NCBI GenBank assembly: GCA_964536205.1
Contig: CAZHVT010000002.1
Coordinates: 1,982-65,981 of the forward strand
From: an uncultured Gammaproteobacteria bacterium
GTDB lineage: Bacteria > Patescibacteriota > Patescibacteriia > Magasanikbacterales > GCA-002688135
Reading direction: 5' to 3'
DNA: 64,000 nucleotides
The notes under the pieces are model-generated. The model was not told the origin of the DNA. It did not search any database and saw only the letters and a list, made by a program, of their open reading frames with translations. Made by a program: the position numbers and the translations under genes. Positions 9,894 through 19,850 of this stretch are shown here, one piece after another. Positions within the stretch are counted from its first letter, which is position 1; each line of letters begins with the position of its first letter.

Positions 9894-10071
9894 TATCAGA
9901 AAATCTTCACTAAATTAGGTGAAGATTTTTTGATAGGGCGGTTGGAAATACAAAACAGGAAAAAGTGTGTGCTATTGACAAACACGATAAATTATGATAG
10001 ATTTTGATCGTTCTTTAACTCGGCATCAGCTTGTAATAGCCTAAGCCACAAAATAAAAAGGAGTCAGAGTA

Positions 10072-10893
10072 ATGGGTACTCGAAATCCTCAGTTCGATTC
10101 ATACGACACGATTCACGCTACCATGACAGTGTTGCGGAAAGCAGGTTTGTTCACTGATGGTCTGGATGCGATCCTTCGTAAAAAAGGTAATGCCAAGCGA
10201 GGAGTCGACGCTCTCATGCGCGAGTTCAAGCTCGATGGAGTCAACGAGTTCACACTCGATCTCGAAACGCAACTCGAGCGATTCGCAGAAGCACTCCCAA
10301 AGCTTCGACAGATCGGCTTCACCTTCATGGACAAGTCAGATGAAGAGGTGCTGCGAGAGCTCCGTGAAACAGCACCTGCCTGGCCCGAAGGTAAACGATG
10401 CTTTCGCTTCGTCCAAATCCGCGAGGGTGAGGGTGGCGAAGGTGTGCAAAAGACCTTCGATCTCCATAAGCAAATGATGTCACAAACATTCACACCCAAG
10501 TGGCGGCGCGGGGATCATATCAAAACAGATAAGGATCATCTGCGCCTACTCGCTGGCAACGAAACACACAAGACCTGCTTCGGCTGGGTCTGTGCGGACA
10601 TGGACTCCAACAGGCAGCGCAATTCCATCATTGCAGTGCGTGGAGATAGCTCTCTCGCCGACGAGATTTTGGCCTTCAACTGGCAGTTCCCCGCGTACTG
10701 CAAAGCGATCGATTATAAGGAGAATCCTGGCCTGTTCGCTGCGGGTTACGAGCTTTCAGTCGATGGCTGCGAGGACTGGAGCCATATGCCGCTCATGGGC
10801 CGCGATCTGGACACCGACGAGGTCGACCTGCTCGCCCACCACCGTAGCATCGACAACTCTGTCTACTCTGTGCCGTCTCGTCTCAGGGAGTAA
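10072..10893 (+). CDS. Hypothetical protein with DGR variable-region-like C-terminus
   Basis: Own promoter (TTGACA 9975-17-TAGATT), AAGGAG SD, terminator; last ~45 codons strongly NNC-biased. Confidence 0.75.
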   Translation: MGTRNPQFDSYDTIHATMTVLRKAGLFTDGLDAILRKKGNAKRGVDALMREFKLDGVNEFTLDLETQLERFAEALPKLRQIGFTFMDKSDEEVLRELRETAPAWPEGKRCFRFVQIREGEGGEGVQKTFDLHKQMMSQTFTPKWRRGDHIKTDKDHLRLLAGNETHKTCFGWVCADMDSNRQRNSIIAVRGDSSLADEILAFNWQFPAYCKAIDYKENPGLFAAGYELSVDGCEDWSHMPLMGRDLDTDEVDLLAHHRSIDNSVYSVPSRLRE

Positions 10894-10948
10894 GGTACTC
10901 GGCATTCGGAATCTTGATCCTCGGGTAACTCAGCCCTTGGCCTTTGGT

Positions 10949-10980
10949 ATGTCCGCGACGATAGTCGCGGACATTTTTTT
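10949..10980 (+). terminator. GC-rich hairpin / intrinsic terminator
   Basis: ATGTCCGCGAC-GATA-GTCGCGGACAT plus T run. Confidence 0.85.
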
Positions 10981-11125
10981 ATACCTGAAGAAAATATTGA
11001 TTATGAGTAAAAAAAGTTCGAACATCATCCACCAGCCCCTGTTGATAACATCAGCCTCATGGCTGGTGTTTTCTTTTTGTGTTATTCTTGATTTATATAG
11101 TTTTGCTTAAACTACGTCTCATACT

Positions 11126-11590
11126 ATGAAAGTATTTATCGAGAATGAAGCAGGATCAAATCAGAAAAATCTTTATAATGAGAAGACGTTGGAATATAAA
11201 AAAGCAGTAACTGTTTCAAGAAAGTATCCGTTCCCTTATGGATTTATTTTAGACACCACGAGTGGTGATGGTGATAATGTGGATGTGTTTGTGCTTACCA
11301 ACAAACCACTTAAACAAGGGGATATCATCGAGTGTGAAATCGTTGGATTAATGGAGCAAATAGAAAAAAATTTGGATGAATCGAAGTCTAGTGTTGAGGA
11401 GATTGACCACAATGTTCTTGCGGTAATAAAGGGGGAGGAGAAGCACGTAGTCTCCCAGGAAGCAAAAGAGAGCCTGACAGAGTTTGTGCTTCATGTCTTT
11501 GATCATATTCGCCACAACAAAAACAGAGTGGGGGAGTTTCTTGATGTAAAGGCTGCAAAAGAATATATAGAAAGCTGCAAAGACGCCTGA
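11126..11590 (+). CDS. ppa: Family I inorganic pyrophosphatase
   Basis: YPFPYGFI..T..GDGDNVDVFVL. Confidence 0.88.
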   Translation: MKVFIENEAGSNQKNLYNEKTLEYKKAVTVSRKYPFPYGFILDTTSGDGDNVDVFVLTNKPLKQGDIIECEIVGLMEQIEKNLDESKSSVEEIDHNVLAVIKGEEKHVVSQEAKESLTEFVLHVFDHIRHNKNRVGEFLDVKAAKEYIESCKDA

Positions 11591-11742
11591 TCTAGTGACA
11601 TAGTTGATTCTGATTTTTTAAAAGTTAGAATTTCAGACACTCATCCATACCAAAAAACAACAATTCAGTGATTGTTGTTTTTTGTTTGTATTGTGTTAAG
11701 ATGATGTCGTCAGTTTACATTTACTATTTACACACGAAACAT

Positions 11743-11862
11743 ATGGCAAAACGACATGGAGCTATCGGGCAAAGACAAAAGTCAAAATCAAGAAAGACTA
11801 AAAAACGACTTGCAGTAAAGGCAGAAATGCTCGCAAAAAAAGCTGGTAAAAAAGGTAAGTAA
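11743..11862 (+). CDS. Small highly basic protein (39 aa)
   Basis: MAKRHGAIGQRQKSKSRKTKKRLAVKAEMLAKKAGKKGK; AT-rich leader like host genes. Confidence 0.65.
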   Translation: MAKRHGAIGQRQKSKSRKTKKRLAVKAEMLAKKAGKKGK

Positions 11863-12059
11863 AGTAAGGCACTGTTTTTCTGGAAAAGTTAGAACTTCAT
11901 CAACTAGTCCCTTAAAAAAATACTGATCCATATCGGTATTTTTTAGTATGAAAATCAAATAAAATAGTATTGACATGATGCATTTCTCGTGCTAGCATGA
12001 GGAGTTGATGAAGATCATCTTCATCTAGCTAGTTCATTACAAAAGTACAAGGAGAATCA

Positions 12060-13538
12060 ATGCGTAAAACAATGGAATATGTCGATATTGTCGGCAAGCG
12101 ACATGAAGTAAGGTGGAGCGAGTTATTGGAGGCAATTGAGCGCGTTCGTGCTTTGTTCTCTTCCGTGAAAAGGCGTTTTGTTGAAAGAGAGTCGGTCATT
12201 GATCAAATCAAACATGCCATGCTGTTGCGTGAGCATATTTTGATCAACGGACCATCTGGCGCAGCGAAGTCAATGTTGATTCGAGCGATTACCAAGGCGA
12301 TTACCAATGCTCGATTGTGGTCAATGGACTTGACTCGTTTTACGACAAACAGTCAGGTGTTTGGTGGATACGATGCTCGTCAGCTTCGTGAAACGGGACA
12401 CTCTATTCATTTGACCGAGTTTTCAGCCGCCGATGCACACTTCATTCAATTGGGTGAATTTTTCGATGCGCCTCCGCCAACACTACGAACGCTTCTCGGG
12501 TTGCTCAACGAGCGACGCATTAGAAATGGTCCGCAGTTGATCGAGCCGCCGCTGTTGACGGCGATTGGCGATACAAACTTCTCAATGGAAATGCTGACCG
12601 AAAAAAGTCAGCAGCAGCTGGCCGCAGTAGTGGATCGCTTCCTGTTCAGGGAAGAGGTTGATTATGTGGTCGAGCCAGCAAATCGACGTCAGATGCTCGC
12701 GATGAGTTTGGATCCCCGGGTCCAAGACAAACTTCCACAAGTATCACTCGATGATATTGTGATGATTTCTGGAGTCGTGAAAGGAATGAATCTGATGCTC
12801 GATCCGTACATCATCGATGCATATGAGGAGATGACTCGTCGGTACAGCGCATTGCGTCAAGAGAAAGGCGGCTTGAGAGTTTCAGATCGGCGCTATGTAC
12901 GCGGTGCACAGATCATGGAAGTTTCCGCGTTATTGCATGGTCGACAGGCGGTTACATTTGAGGATTTGGCGATTACGCGCTATGTGCTCGCTCACAATGA
13001 AAATGATGTTGATATGCTCATCGAGATCAAGAAGGGTGTTATTGGCACATGGGTAAAACGCGCATCTCGTCGTGAAATTGAATCTGAACTACATCGTCTC
13101 GCACAGGTCATAAAAGATCTACCAAAGAGTGATAACGTTGATATTGAATCCATGAAGCTGGATGAACTGAAGGCATTTGCATCTCAATTAGAAAAGATGC
13201 AAAGCTCGCTTCAAGAATTCAAAACAGATTCGCTTGAGGTGGGGCAAAAAGTTGCCGAGTGGACACGGGCGATTCTAGCTTTGCAACATCAAGCCGTGCA
13301 TCACGGAATTTCACTCATCGAACAGATGATTCCAGAGACGACAACGAACATGAGTGCTGAAACTGTGGGACCGGTTGGAAAGCAGGTGAATATAGCGCTG
13401 AATGAGTTGCGTAGTGTTCCAACACTAAGTGATGACTTAATTGTTCGTCAGTCTGAAGTGATGGTAAAGGCGTTGCAAGCTCGACATAATGTAGATTCTT
13501 CGATGGAGAATCTCGGTGTTGTGAGTAAGGAGGGCTAG
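12060..13538 (+). CDS. MoxR-family AAA+ ATPase, RavA-like, with C-terminal helical extension
   Basis: Walker A GPSGAAKS, LRTLLGLLNER, DRF, VSDRR as in RavA; Walker B altered (IQLGE); promoter TTGACA 11970-17-TAGCAT, AAGGAG SD. Confidence 0.85.
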   Translation: MRKTMEYVDIVGKRHEVRWSELLEAIERVRALFSSVKRRFVERESVIDQIKHAMLLREHILINGPSGAAKSMLIRAITKAITNARLWSMDLTRFTTNSQVFGGYDARQLRETGHSIHLTEFSAADAHFIQLGEFFDAPPPTLRTLLGLLNERRIRNGPQLIEPPLLTAIGDTNFSMEMLTEKSQQQLAAVVDRFLFREEVDYVVEPANRRQMLAMSLDPRVQDKLPQVSLDDIVMISGVVKGMNLMLDPYIIDAYEEMTRRYSALRQEKGGLRVSDRRYVRGAQIMEVSALLHGRQAVTFEDLAITRYVLAHNENDVDMLIEIKKGVIGTWVKRASRREIESELHRLAQVIKDLPKSDNVDIESMKLDELKAFASQLEKMQSSLQEFKTDSLEVGQKVAEWTRAILALQHQAVHHGISLIEQMIPETTTNMSAETVGPVGKQVNIALNELRSVPTLSDDLIVRQSEVMVKALQARHNVDSSMENLGVVSKEG

Positions 13539-14570
13539 ATGGATCCTATTACGTTTTGGTTGTTAATGTCTGGCTTAGGAGGAGCTGGAGCTGCAGGAGC
13601 GGCTCTGTTGTATCGGTTGATGAAAGGTCCGAGACTACCTGAATTACCTCCAATGCCAGAACCAAAACCACCGGAAATTCCTGTAAGACAGGATGGTATT
13701 ATCGATGCAGAGGAGCTAGAAGAAGAGGAGGATGACTCTTTATTGAGCGACAAGGATGTCGTGAAGCAGATTGTTGGTGGCATAGGTTTTTCCGCGCAGT
13801 ACGTGCAGGTTGGCGAGCGAGTTGTCGGACAACGTTTTCTCGGTTATCGAGAAGAAGAATCTATATATCCTGATGACGACATGACAGTTCGACCAATACG
13901 AGATGTAGCTGAGATGGCTTCATTATTGGGCAGCGAGAATGCGCAAGATGATGATATATTGTACGCACGCATTGCACGTGGGGAAGCACTCGTTACAGCT
14001 TACACAACACAAGAAGAAGTGTTTGAAGATGTACACGAGCCAGTTATGGAAGCTCGGCGCAGAACACTGTATATTCTCCTTGATCTTTCGCCATCCATGT
14101 TTCCAAAACACTCTCGTTGGAGATGGAAGATTTGGGGACCGCTTGTGCTGATGCTTCTACAAAAAGCATTTCAAAATCAAGTTGTGTTTTTGATGAGGTA
14201 TTTTGGCGGAACGGTTTCAAAGTTGATGCGCGCCGTATCACAAGAAGAAGTTGCGAAACTTGAGCGATCTATCAGAAGTGCACAATGGATCTCCTCAACA
14301 GATATAACTGCTGCGGTATACACGGCACTACGGGATTTTGATGATGAAGAATACGACAATGCACAAGTTGTATTGATCACAGACGGGGAGCACAATCAGG
14401 GGACATTCAATCCATCGAAAGTGCGTAAGGCTTTTGATGATCGTAATGTCACATTACATGCGATCTTGCTCGGCGTTAAGAATGACGGATTGAGACAAGC
14501 TGCGCACAGTTACGTGCAAGTTGATCATCATGATCGCAGGGGATTATTTACCATAATCAATCAAGTATAA
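13539..14570 (+). CDS. vWA domain protein, ViaA-like partner with N-terminal TM anchor
   Basis: MIDAS DLSPS...STD...ITDG; ATG directly abuts AAA stop. Confidence 0.82.
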   Translation: MDPITFWLLMSGLGGAGAAGAALLYRLMKGPRLPELPPMPEPKPPEIPVRQDGIIDAEELEEEEDDSLLSDKDVVKQIVGGIGFSAQYVQVGERVVGQRFLGYREEESIYPDDDMTVRPIRDVAEMASLLGSENAQDDDILYARIARGEALVTAYTTQEEVFEDVHEPVMEARRRTLYILLDLSPSMFPKHSRWRWKIWGPLVLMLLQKAFQNQVVFLMRYFGGTVSKLMRAVSQEEVAKLERSIRSAQWISSTDITAAVYTALRDFDDEEYDNAQVVLITDGEHNQGTFNPSKVRKAFDDRNVTLHAILLGVKNDGLRQAAHSYVQVDHHDRRGLFTIINQV

Positions 14571-14669
14571 TATGGGGTAGTGGAAACTGCCTCTTTTTTA
14601 TTCGAAAAATATTCAAAAAAAATTCATACTAATTTTGGAATGGACACAATTATGATAGAGTGTAGTCAT

Positions 14670-15074
14670 ATGAAAAACATACACAACGCAATTCGAATTA
14701 TCACCGGTCTATTTTTTGTAGCGATTTTCTTTTCCAAATTTGGATTTTTGCCATCGGCTGCGCATTCTCCAGAAATGTTTTCCGCAACAGGATGGGTTTT
14801 TATTTCTGCGATAAATGAAATTGGATATTTATTTCCAGTGATCGGACTCATATCGCTGGCTTCCGGTGTCGCATTTCTTGCTAATCGTTATGTTGCACTG
14901 GCTGCGTTATTGATGTTGCCACTCACCGTAAACTTCGCACTGTTTCATATTTTCGTCGGGCTTCCGATGGAAACACATTTCCTCCGCGAGTCAGCTGGAT
15001 TTATCCCTCTCGCTTTGAATGTCTACATGATCTACAGCCAACGCAAAAAATATAAAGAACTACTCAAACCATAA
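14670..15074 (+). CDS. DoxX-like membrane protein
   Basis: Four hydrophobic segments, GYLFPVIG, LPLTVNFALFH; ATG 14670 preferred over GTG 14580. Confidence 0.7.
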   Translation: MKNIHNAIRIITGLFFVAIFFSKFGFLPSAAHSPEMFSATGWVFISAINEIGYLFPVIGLISLASGVAFLANRYVALAALLMLPLTVNFALFHIFVGLPMETHFLRESAGFIPLALNVYMIYSQRKKYKELLKP

Positions 15075-15106
15075 AATAAAAAAACCCGAGCATGCTCGGG
15101 TGAGGG

Positions 15107-15976
15107 CTAGGAAAGTTTGACCTCTTTCCATTTGTCGCTGTCAGAATCACGCTTGTACAATCGAATGTACGAGCTTGTTTTTTCACTGCGCAGGCTGCGA
15201 CTCAAAAGGTGTTGCGCCTGCTTGAGTTCGGGGAAAACATCGGCATCAATGCTGATCGAAAGGAATCGATACAGATCCGGGCCGACTTTGAACGAAACAC
15301 GCTCGACGAGAATGTTTTCAAGAATCTCGATCAGAGCACGAGCTCTATCGTCTTCTTCATCCTGTCGCGTTTTGGCAAATCGATCAAAGAACTTGTTGAT
15401 TTGCTCTCTGGCTTCGTGAGCCAAAGTTGTATCGATGCGCGAGATATGGTTCACCAGCGCGACAACGCGACGCAAACCATCTGTACTCGTGAGTGAAATC
15501 TGTGATCGAAGTGATCCATCTTCATTGGTCAGCATGTCATAGACATTCGCTGTCAGAAACTCGTTTCGTGCGCGGAATGCTTCTACAACTTGATCATTGA
15601 GAGCAAACACTTGCGTCACGATATCATCCGTTCGACGATCAACATTCTCAAGTCGCGCAATGAGTACAGCGAGTTCAGTTCGCTGCTTCTGCAATTCAGC
15701 TTCTGATGCAGTGATATCTGCCCGGGCTGCATCACGTTCTTTCGTAAGTTCAACTGTCTCAGTTGACCAAGAATTAATAATATCTTTCAACCGTTGTGCA
15801 CGTTGCGTCGCGGTATTTTTCAGTCCAGCGAGTGATGCAGCAGCACCCAAGAACCGCTGGTATTTCTTAGTCCATTTCGCACGAGACTTTGCCTCTTTGT
15901 TGCGTAATCTCTCAAGAGATTTTTCAGTTGCGGCAATCGCGCGCTCCAACTGCTTTCGCATTTTTGCTGGCGTCAT
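15107..15976 (-). CDS. DUF3164-like protein with N-terminal coiled coil
   Basis: ISLTSTDGLRRV and SYIRLYKRDSDSDKWKEV resemble DUF3164; own promoter (TTGACA 16037-17-TATTAT), AAGGAG SD, terminator ~15078-15103. Confidence 0.65.
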   Translation of the reverse strand: MTPAKMRKQLERAIAATEKSLERLRNKEAKSRAKWTKKYQRFLGAAASLAGLKNTATQRAQRLKDIINSWSTETVELTKERDAARADITASEAELQKQRTELAVLIARLENVDRRTDDIVTQVFALNDQVVEAFRARNEFLTANVYDMLTNEDGSLRSQISLTSTDGLRRVVALVNHISRIDTTLAHEAREQINKFFDRFAKTRQDEEDDRARALIEILENILVERVSFKVGPDLYRFLSISIDADVFPELKQAQHLLSRSLRSEKTSSYIRLYKRDSDSDKWKEVKLS

Positions 15977-16123
15977 TTTTTCTCCTTTGATTTGAAATGA
16001 GCAGGCAGATAATAGCAGGGATATACAGTGATGTCAATAGAACAGTGGATTCTATAGAGAATATATTTTTTTGAAAAAATAAGGTATAATATAGTTGTGC
16101 AAATTAAAGAGCTAAAATAAAGT

Positions 16124-16315
16124 ATGCCTCAAAAAGCAACAAAGCAGCAATTACAAACATGGATGAAAAATCCAAAACAGCGATATAAATTGTTGCGTTA
16201 TTTGCGTGCACGATTAGAATCAGTCACTAAAAAAAATAAGGACAGAATAAGATCAGGTGACAGTGATGAGAAAGTTTCAAAATTAAAGCGCATCGTAAAA
16301 TCACGAAAAAAATAA
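16124..16315 (+). CDS. Small basic hypothetical protein
   Basis: 63-aa ORF downstream of TATAAT, stop 1 nt before next ATG. Confidence 0.55.
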   Translation: MPQKATKQQLQTWMKNPKQRYKLLRYLRARLESVTKKNKDRIRSGDSDEKVSKLKRIVKSRKK

Positions 16316-16316
16316 T

Positions 16317-18812
16317 ATGGCAATAGCAAATCGAATCCCAATGCCATCTCATGAGGGGAGAAAAGAAGATGGTGAGCACAGATCGCGTGAGGCACAAGGA
16401 GCGCCAGTTGAAAGATTTCGACAAATCGTAAAATTATCTCCGAAGGTGTATGAGGAGTTAGTTGTGATTGAAAACGAAGTTGAATTGCCAAGCGAAATAA
16501 ATGAAGAGGATTGGGAGGGCGTGGATTTTTATGAATACATGGAGACAGTTCGAGTTGAAGAAGAGATGACGGAAATTGAACACAAAATTTTTACAACATA
16601 TGCATTAGAAGAAGTTGAGAGAATTACAGAATTATTGGCTGATGATTATGAAGAGGAGTTGATTGATGAATTAGAAGCAAGATATGGAGTTCCAAAAGAG
16701 GAAATCATGCATATACTTCTGGAGGAAAAAGGATTGTTGGGAGATAATGATGCGACATACATTGTTGTTGAAGCTGTAAAAGCTCGATTGCAAAATCGGG
16801 TAGAAGAGCGTCAAGGAAGAGAGAAAATGCCTACTGCTCAGGAGAGAGCTGAATTAGATGAATTGCGTGAAATTAATAAACAGATGAAGGAGGAGCAAAA
16901 AGAGAGGGAGCAAGATCACCGACGAGAACAAACACTCAGTATGATCGATGATCTATTTGAAAGTTTGCCAGAAAGAATCAGAGAAGAAGATCAGGTGCAA
17001 TTCGAGTCGCTGGAAAAAGTTTATAGCGATACATTGCAAGAAGGAATAAAAGATGACGAAGCACAGGAAAATCAAGACAGATTATTTACAGAAATTCTTG
17101 TCGAATTAAGGAGGATGGAAGAGTTGGCAGCACAAGAGAGGGGTGAGGAGGCAGAATATCAACCACCAATTTCCGATAGAGATCCTGGTTATGTTCGTCA
17201 GATCATAAATCGCATAGCTGATTCACGAGCAGGTAGATATCTTGCGGTTGGGATTGAGGGATTAAAATTGGTATATGGGGCAGCAGCAATAGGTCAAGAA
17301 GCGCATGGTATGGCATTTGGATCAGATGAGATAGTCGAAGTATCAACAAGAGGTGGTGATCTAACAGATAAAATAACTTCCGGATCTGGAAGAGCGGTTA
17401 CAGTTAAGGGCGCACCTGCAATTGCAGCACATGATGCCCAGCGTAGAGGCACAGAAACTTATGAGGATAGGGTTGAGATCACACCACAAGCTCCAAAGTC
17501 AGAAACAATATATGGTGAGCAAGAAGTAAGTCATGCAACATTGCATTTCGATACCATGCCAATGTCACCAGATTTTAAAGTTAAGGGCCATGAGAAATTT
17601 ATTGATGCAGGTCCGCTCATTGAATATATTCGCGGACAAATAGAAGGAAGAGAGGATTTAGAAGGACAGAAAATTGACATTCAATTAGAAGGACGCGCTT
17701 CAATTGATGCGCGAAGATGGGCGTATGAAAAAAATGAGAAGTTGGCAGGAAAGCGAGCTGAAATGGCAAAATTGCAAATTGAACAATTACTTGCAAAAGC
17801 ATTTCCGGGAGTTGAGATTAATATTACAATTGCTGATGGCGCGGCAACAGTTGAGTTGGATGGACAGAAATTGACTCATGAGCAAGCAAGGGAGCAAATG
17901 AAACTATTATTGGGCGTAACATCTGAAAAAGATTTACAAAAGAAATTGCGGCAGTTTAGAGCGGGGGATATGACAGGATTTGATGCCGCACAAATTGCAG
18001 CAATGGAGCAGGTTGTCACAAATGCACGTGGTGTGTTAATGGATATTACATTCACGGGGCAATCAGTAGTTGAATCTGAAAGAAGTGTGCCTCAGCCAGA
18101 CGAAGTGAAGGTTGTGAGAACAATGACAGATGGAGCGCAGCGAAGAGGAAGAAGAGATGGAGAGCCAACTCCAGACCTACCCCCAACACCACCAGAGCAA
18201 GGTCAGGCTCCAGCAGAAATTTTAACAGGTCATCGCATGGATCCCGTCATTAAAGAAGAATTTGATGATACAAAAGCTCCAGAAACAGAAATGACACAAG
18301 AACCTGTGCCTGGCGATAATCCAGATACATACATTAGAGAAAATCAGCAGGATATTCACGAGATAACAAATCAATTAGAACGGACAAGATATATACGTCG
18401 TGCGAGAAGAAAGATTGATGATGTTGTGGATCCACCACCCCCACCGCCACCTCCACCGCCTCCACCACCAGAACCAGAATACAGGAGAGCCCAAGGACAA
18501 CAATCCGTAGAACTCGGGCCAATGAAAACAGAACGAGTTAATTTACGCACACAGGGAGTGGATGAGAGGGATGAAATACAATTTTCCGGTTCTGTAAATC
18601 AGGATTCAGGAATGGGAACATCCAGCAGAAGAAGGGAAAAGCAGATTAGATACGACGAATTTGGAGATGTCATTCCTCCAGATAAAGAACAGCCAATAGC
18701 TCGTGTACAAAGAGAAAAGGGTAGGGATCGCCAAGCTTCAGAAAAACAAAAAGCACGAGAACTGCGCCGAGCACGCCGACAAAGACGACGAGAAGAGAGA
18801 GGAGAAAATTAG
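16317..18812 (+). CDS. Large hypothetical protein: acidic helical N-terminus, OmpA-like motif, poly-Pro, basic tail
   Basis: 831-aa ORF; LEGRAS...YEKNEKLAGKRAEMAK resembles the OmpA_C motif; long Pro run near 18430-18470. Confidence 0.75.
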   Translation: MAIANRIPMPSHEGRKEDGEHRSREAQGAPVERFRQIVKLSPKVYEELVVIENEVELPSEINEEDWEGVDFYEYMETVRVEEEMTEIEHKIFTTYALEEVERITELLADDYEEELIDELEARYGVPKEEIMHILLEEKGLLGDNDATYIVVEAVKARLQNRVEERQGREKMPTAQERAELDELREINKQMKEEQKEREQDHRREQTLSMIDDLFESLPERIREEDQVQFESLEKVYSDTLQEGIKDDEAQENQDRLFTEILVELRRMEELAAQERGEEAEYQPPISDRDPGYVRQIINRIADSRAGRYLAVGIEGLKLVYGAAAIGQEAHGMAFGSDEIVEVSTRGGDLTDKITSGSGRAVTVKGAPAIAAHDAQRRGTETYEDRVEITPQAPKSETIYGEQEVSHATLHFDTMPMSPDFKVKGHEKFIDAGPLIEYIRGQIEGREDLEGQKIDIQLEGRASIDARRWAYEKNEKLAGKRAEMAKLQIEQLLAKAFPGVEINITIADGAATVELDGQKLTHEQAREQMKLLLGVTSEKDLQKKLRQFRAGDMTGFDAAQIAAMEQVVTNARGVLMDITFTGQSVVESERSVPQPDEVKVVRTMTDGAQRRGRRDGEPTPDLPPTPPEQGQAPAEILTGHRMDPVIKEEFDDTKAPETEMTQEPVPGDNPDTYIRENQQDIHEITNQLERTRYIRRARRKIDDVVDPPPPPPPPPPPPPEPEYRRAQGQQSVELGPMKTERVNLRTQGVDERDEIQFSGSVNQDSGMGTSSRRREKQIRYDEFGDVIPPDKEQPIARVQREKGRDRQASEKQKARELRRARRQRRREERGEN

Positions 18813-18890
18813 AAAAGAACAAGCACAATACTCCTGCAAGGGAGTATTTGAGATTGCGAATAGAAGACATGAAGAGGTATAATACAACCT

Positions 18891-19721
18891 ATGCCAAATC
18901 AAGAAAAAGTAACGAACATAAGCACATCCGTAAACAAACAGATGGGGAAATGGAAATATCCGTGGTGCGGCATGTGGATCATATTACCATTTATTTTGTG
19001 GTGGGAGGCTTCACAAACACACTGGGGGGAAGAATTTCCATTCATAACCATAGCAATCGGTGCGGTATTGGTTATATATATCGCACAGATTACAAAAAAA
19101 GTCCGCATACAGTTCTGGAAAGATTTCGCACACAAACATGGTTGGACATATTCGGACAAAGGTAATGCGTCTGGCGAAAAAGCACTGCTACTCTCACAAG
19201 CGAAAAGAACGACCATGCAGCATGTCATTGACGGAACATTTGAAGATCGGCCCATGAGAATTTTCGAAATGGCATTTACGATTGGATCAGGAGACGATGC
19301 AGTAACATACAACTACACGGTATTTGAATTCACTATGAAGGGTGCATTCCCTCACATCTATCTAGATAAAAAAAGCAATCAGTATAAAGCAAATACCGGA
19401 AGTGTGGGCGTGCGAATTCCATTACCATCCGAATTTGCAAAAAAATATAATTTGTATGCACCGGAGCAATATGAGATTGAGGCATTAGAAGTATTTAATG
19501 AAGATGTAATGCAGTACATTTTGAATGAAGAATTTCCACATGATGTTGAGATTGTAGATGCAGAAGTTTTAATTTTCCGAGATCATCACATCAACACAGC
19601 TGAAGAATTAGAAAAAGAATATGAAGGGGCTACAAAATTATTACAAAAAATTGAGAAGCGGTTGGATCGAAGTAAGCTGTATAAGATTGGCGACAAACCA
19701 CACGAAATGAAATACAAATAG
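18891..19721 (+). CDS. Hypothetical membrane protein (2 TM plus soluble domain)
   Basis: Two N-terminal hydrophobic segments; EFAKKYNLY..EIEALEVF. Confidence 0.7.
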   Translation: MPNQEKVTNISTSVNKQMGKWKYPWCGMWIILPFILWWEASQTHWGEEFPFITIAIGAVLVIYIAQITKKVRIQFWKDFAHKHGWTYSDKGNASGEKALLLSQAKRTTMQHVIDGTFEDRPMRIFEMAFTIGSGDDAVTYNYTVFEFTMKGAFPHIYLDKKSNQYKANTGSVGVRIPLPSEFAKKYNLYAPEQYEIEALEVFNEDVMQYILNEEFPHDVEIVDAEVLIFRDHHINTAEELEKEYEGATKLLQKIEKRLDRSKLYKIGDKPHEMKYK

Positions 19722-19778
19722 CTTTACAGTCAGGAGATGTATGTGATATATACAATATCCGTTCATTAGGAGAAAAGT

Positions 19779-19850
19779 ATGAAGTTGAAAGGGATTCATT
19801 TAGTGGCTATTGGCTTGATTGCAATTGGGCTGGCAGCGATCGCTGTGTAA
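19779..19850 (+). CDS. 23-aa hydrophobic microprotein MKLKGIHLVAIGLIAIGLAAIAV
   Basis: AGGAG SD before ATG, TACAAT -10 upstream, CGCATTC/GAGTGCG plus T-run terminator downstream; not in ORF track. Confidence 0.6.
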   Translation: MKLKGIHLVAIGLIAIGLAAIAV

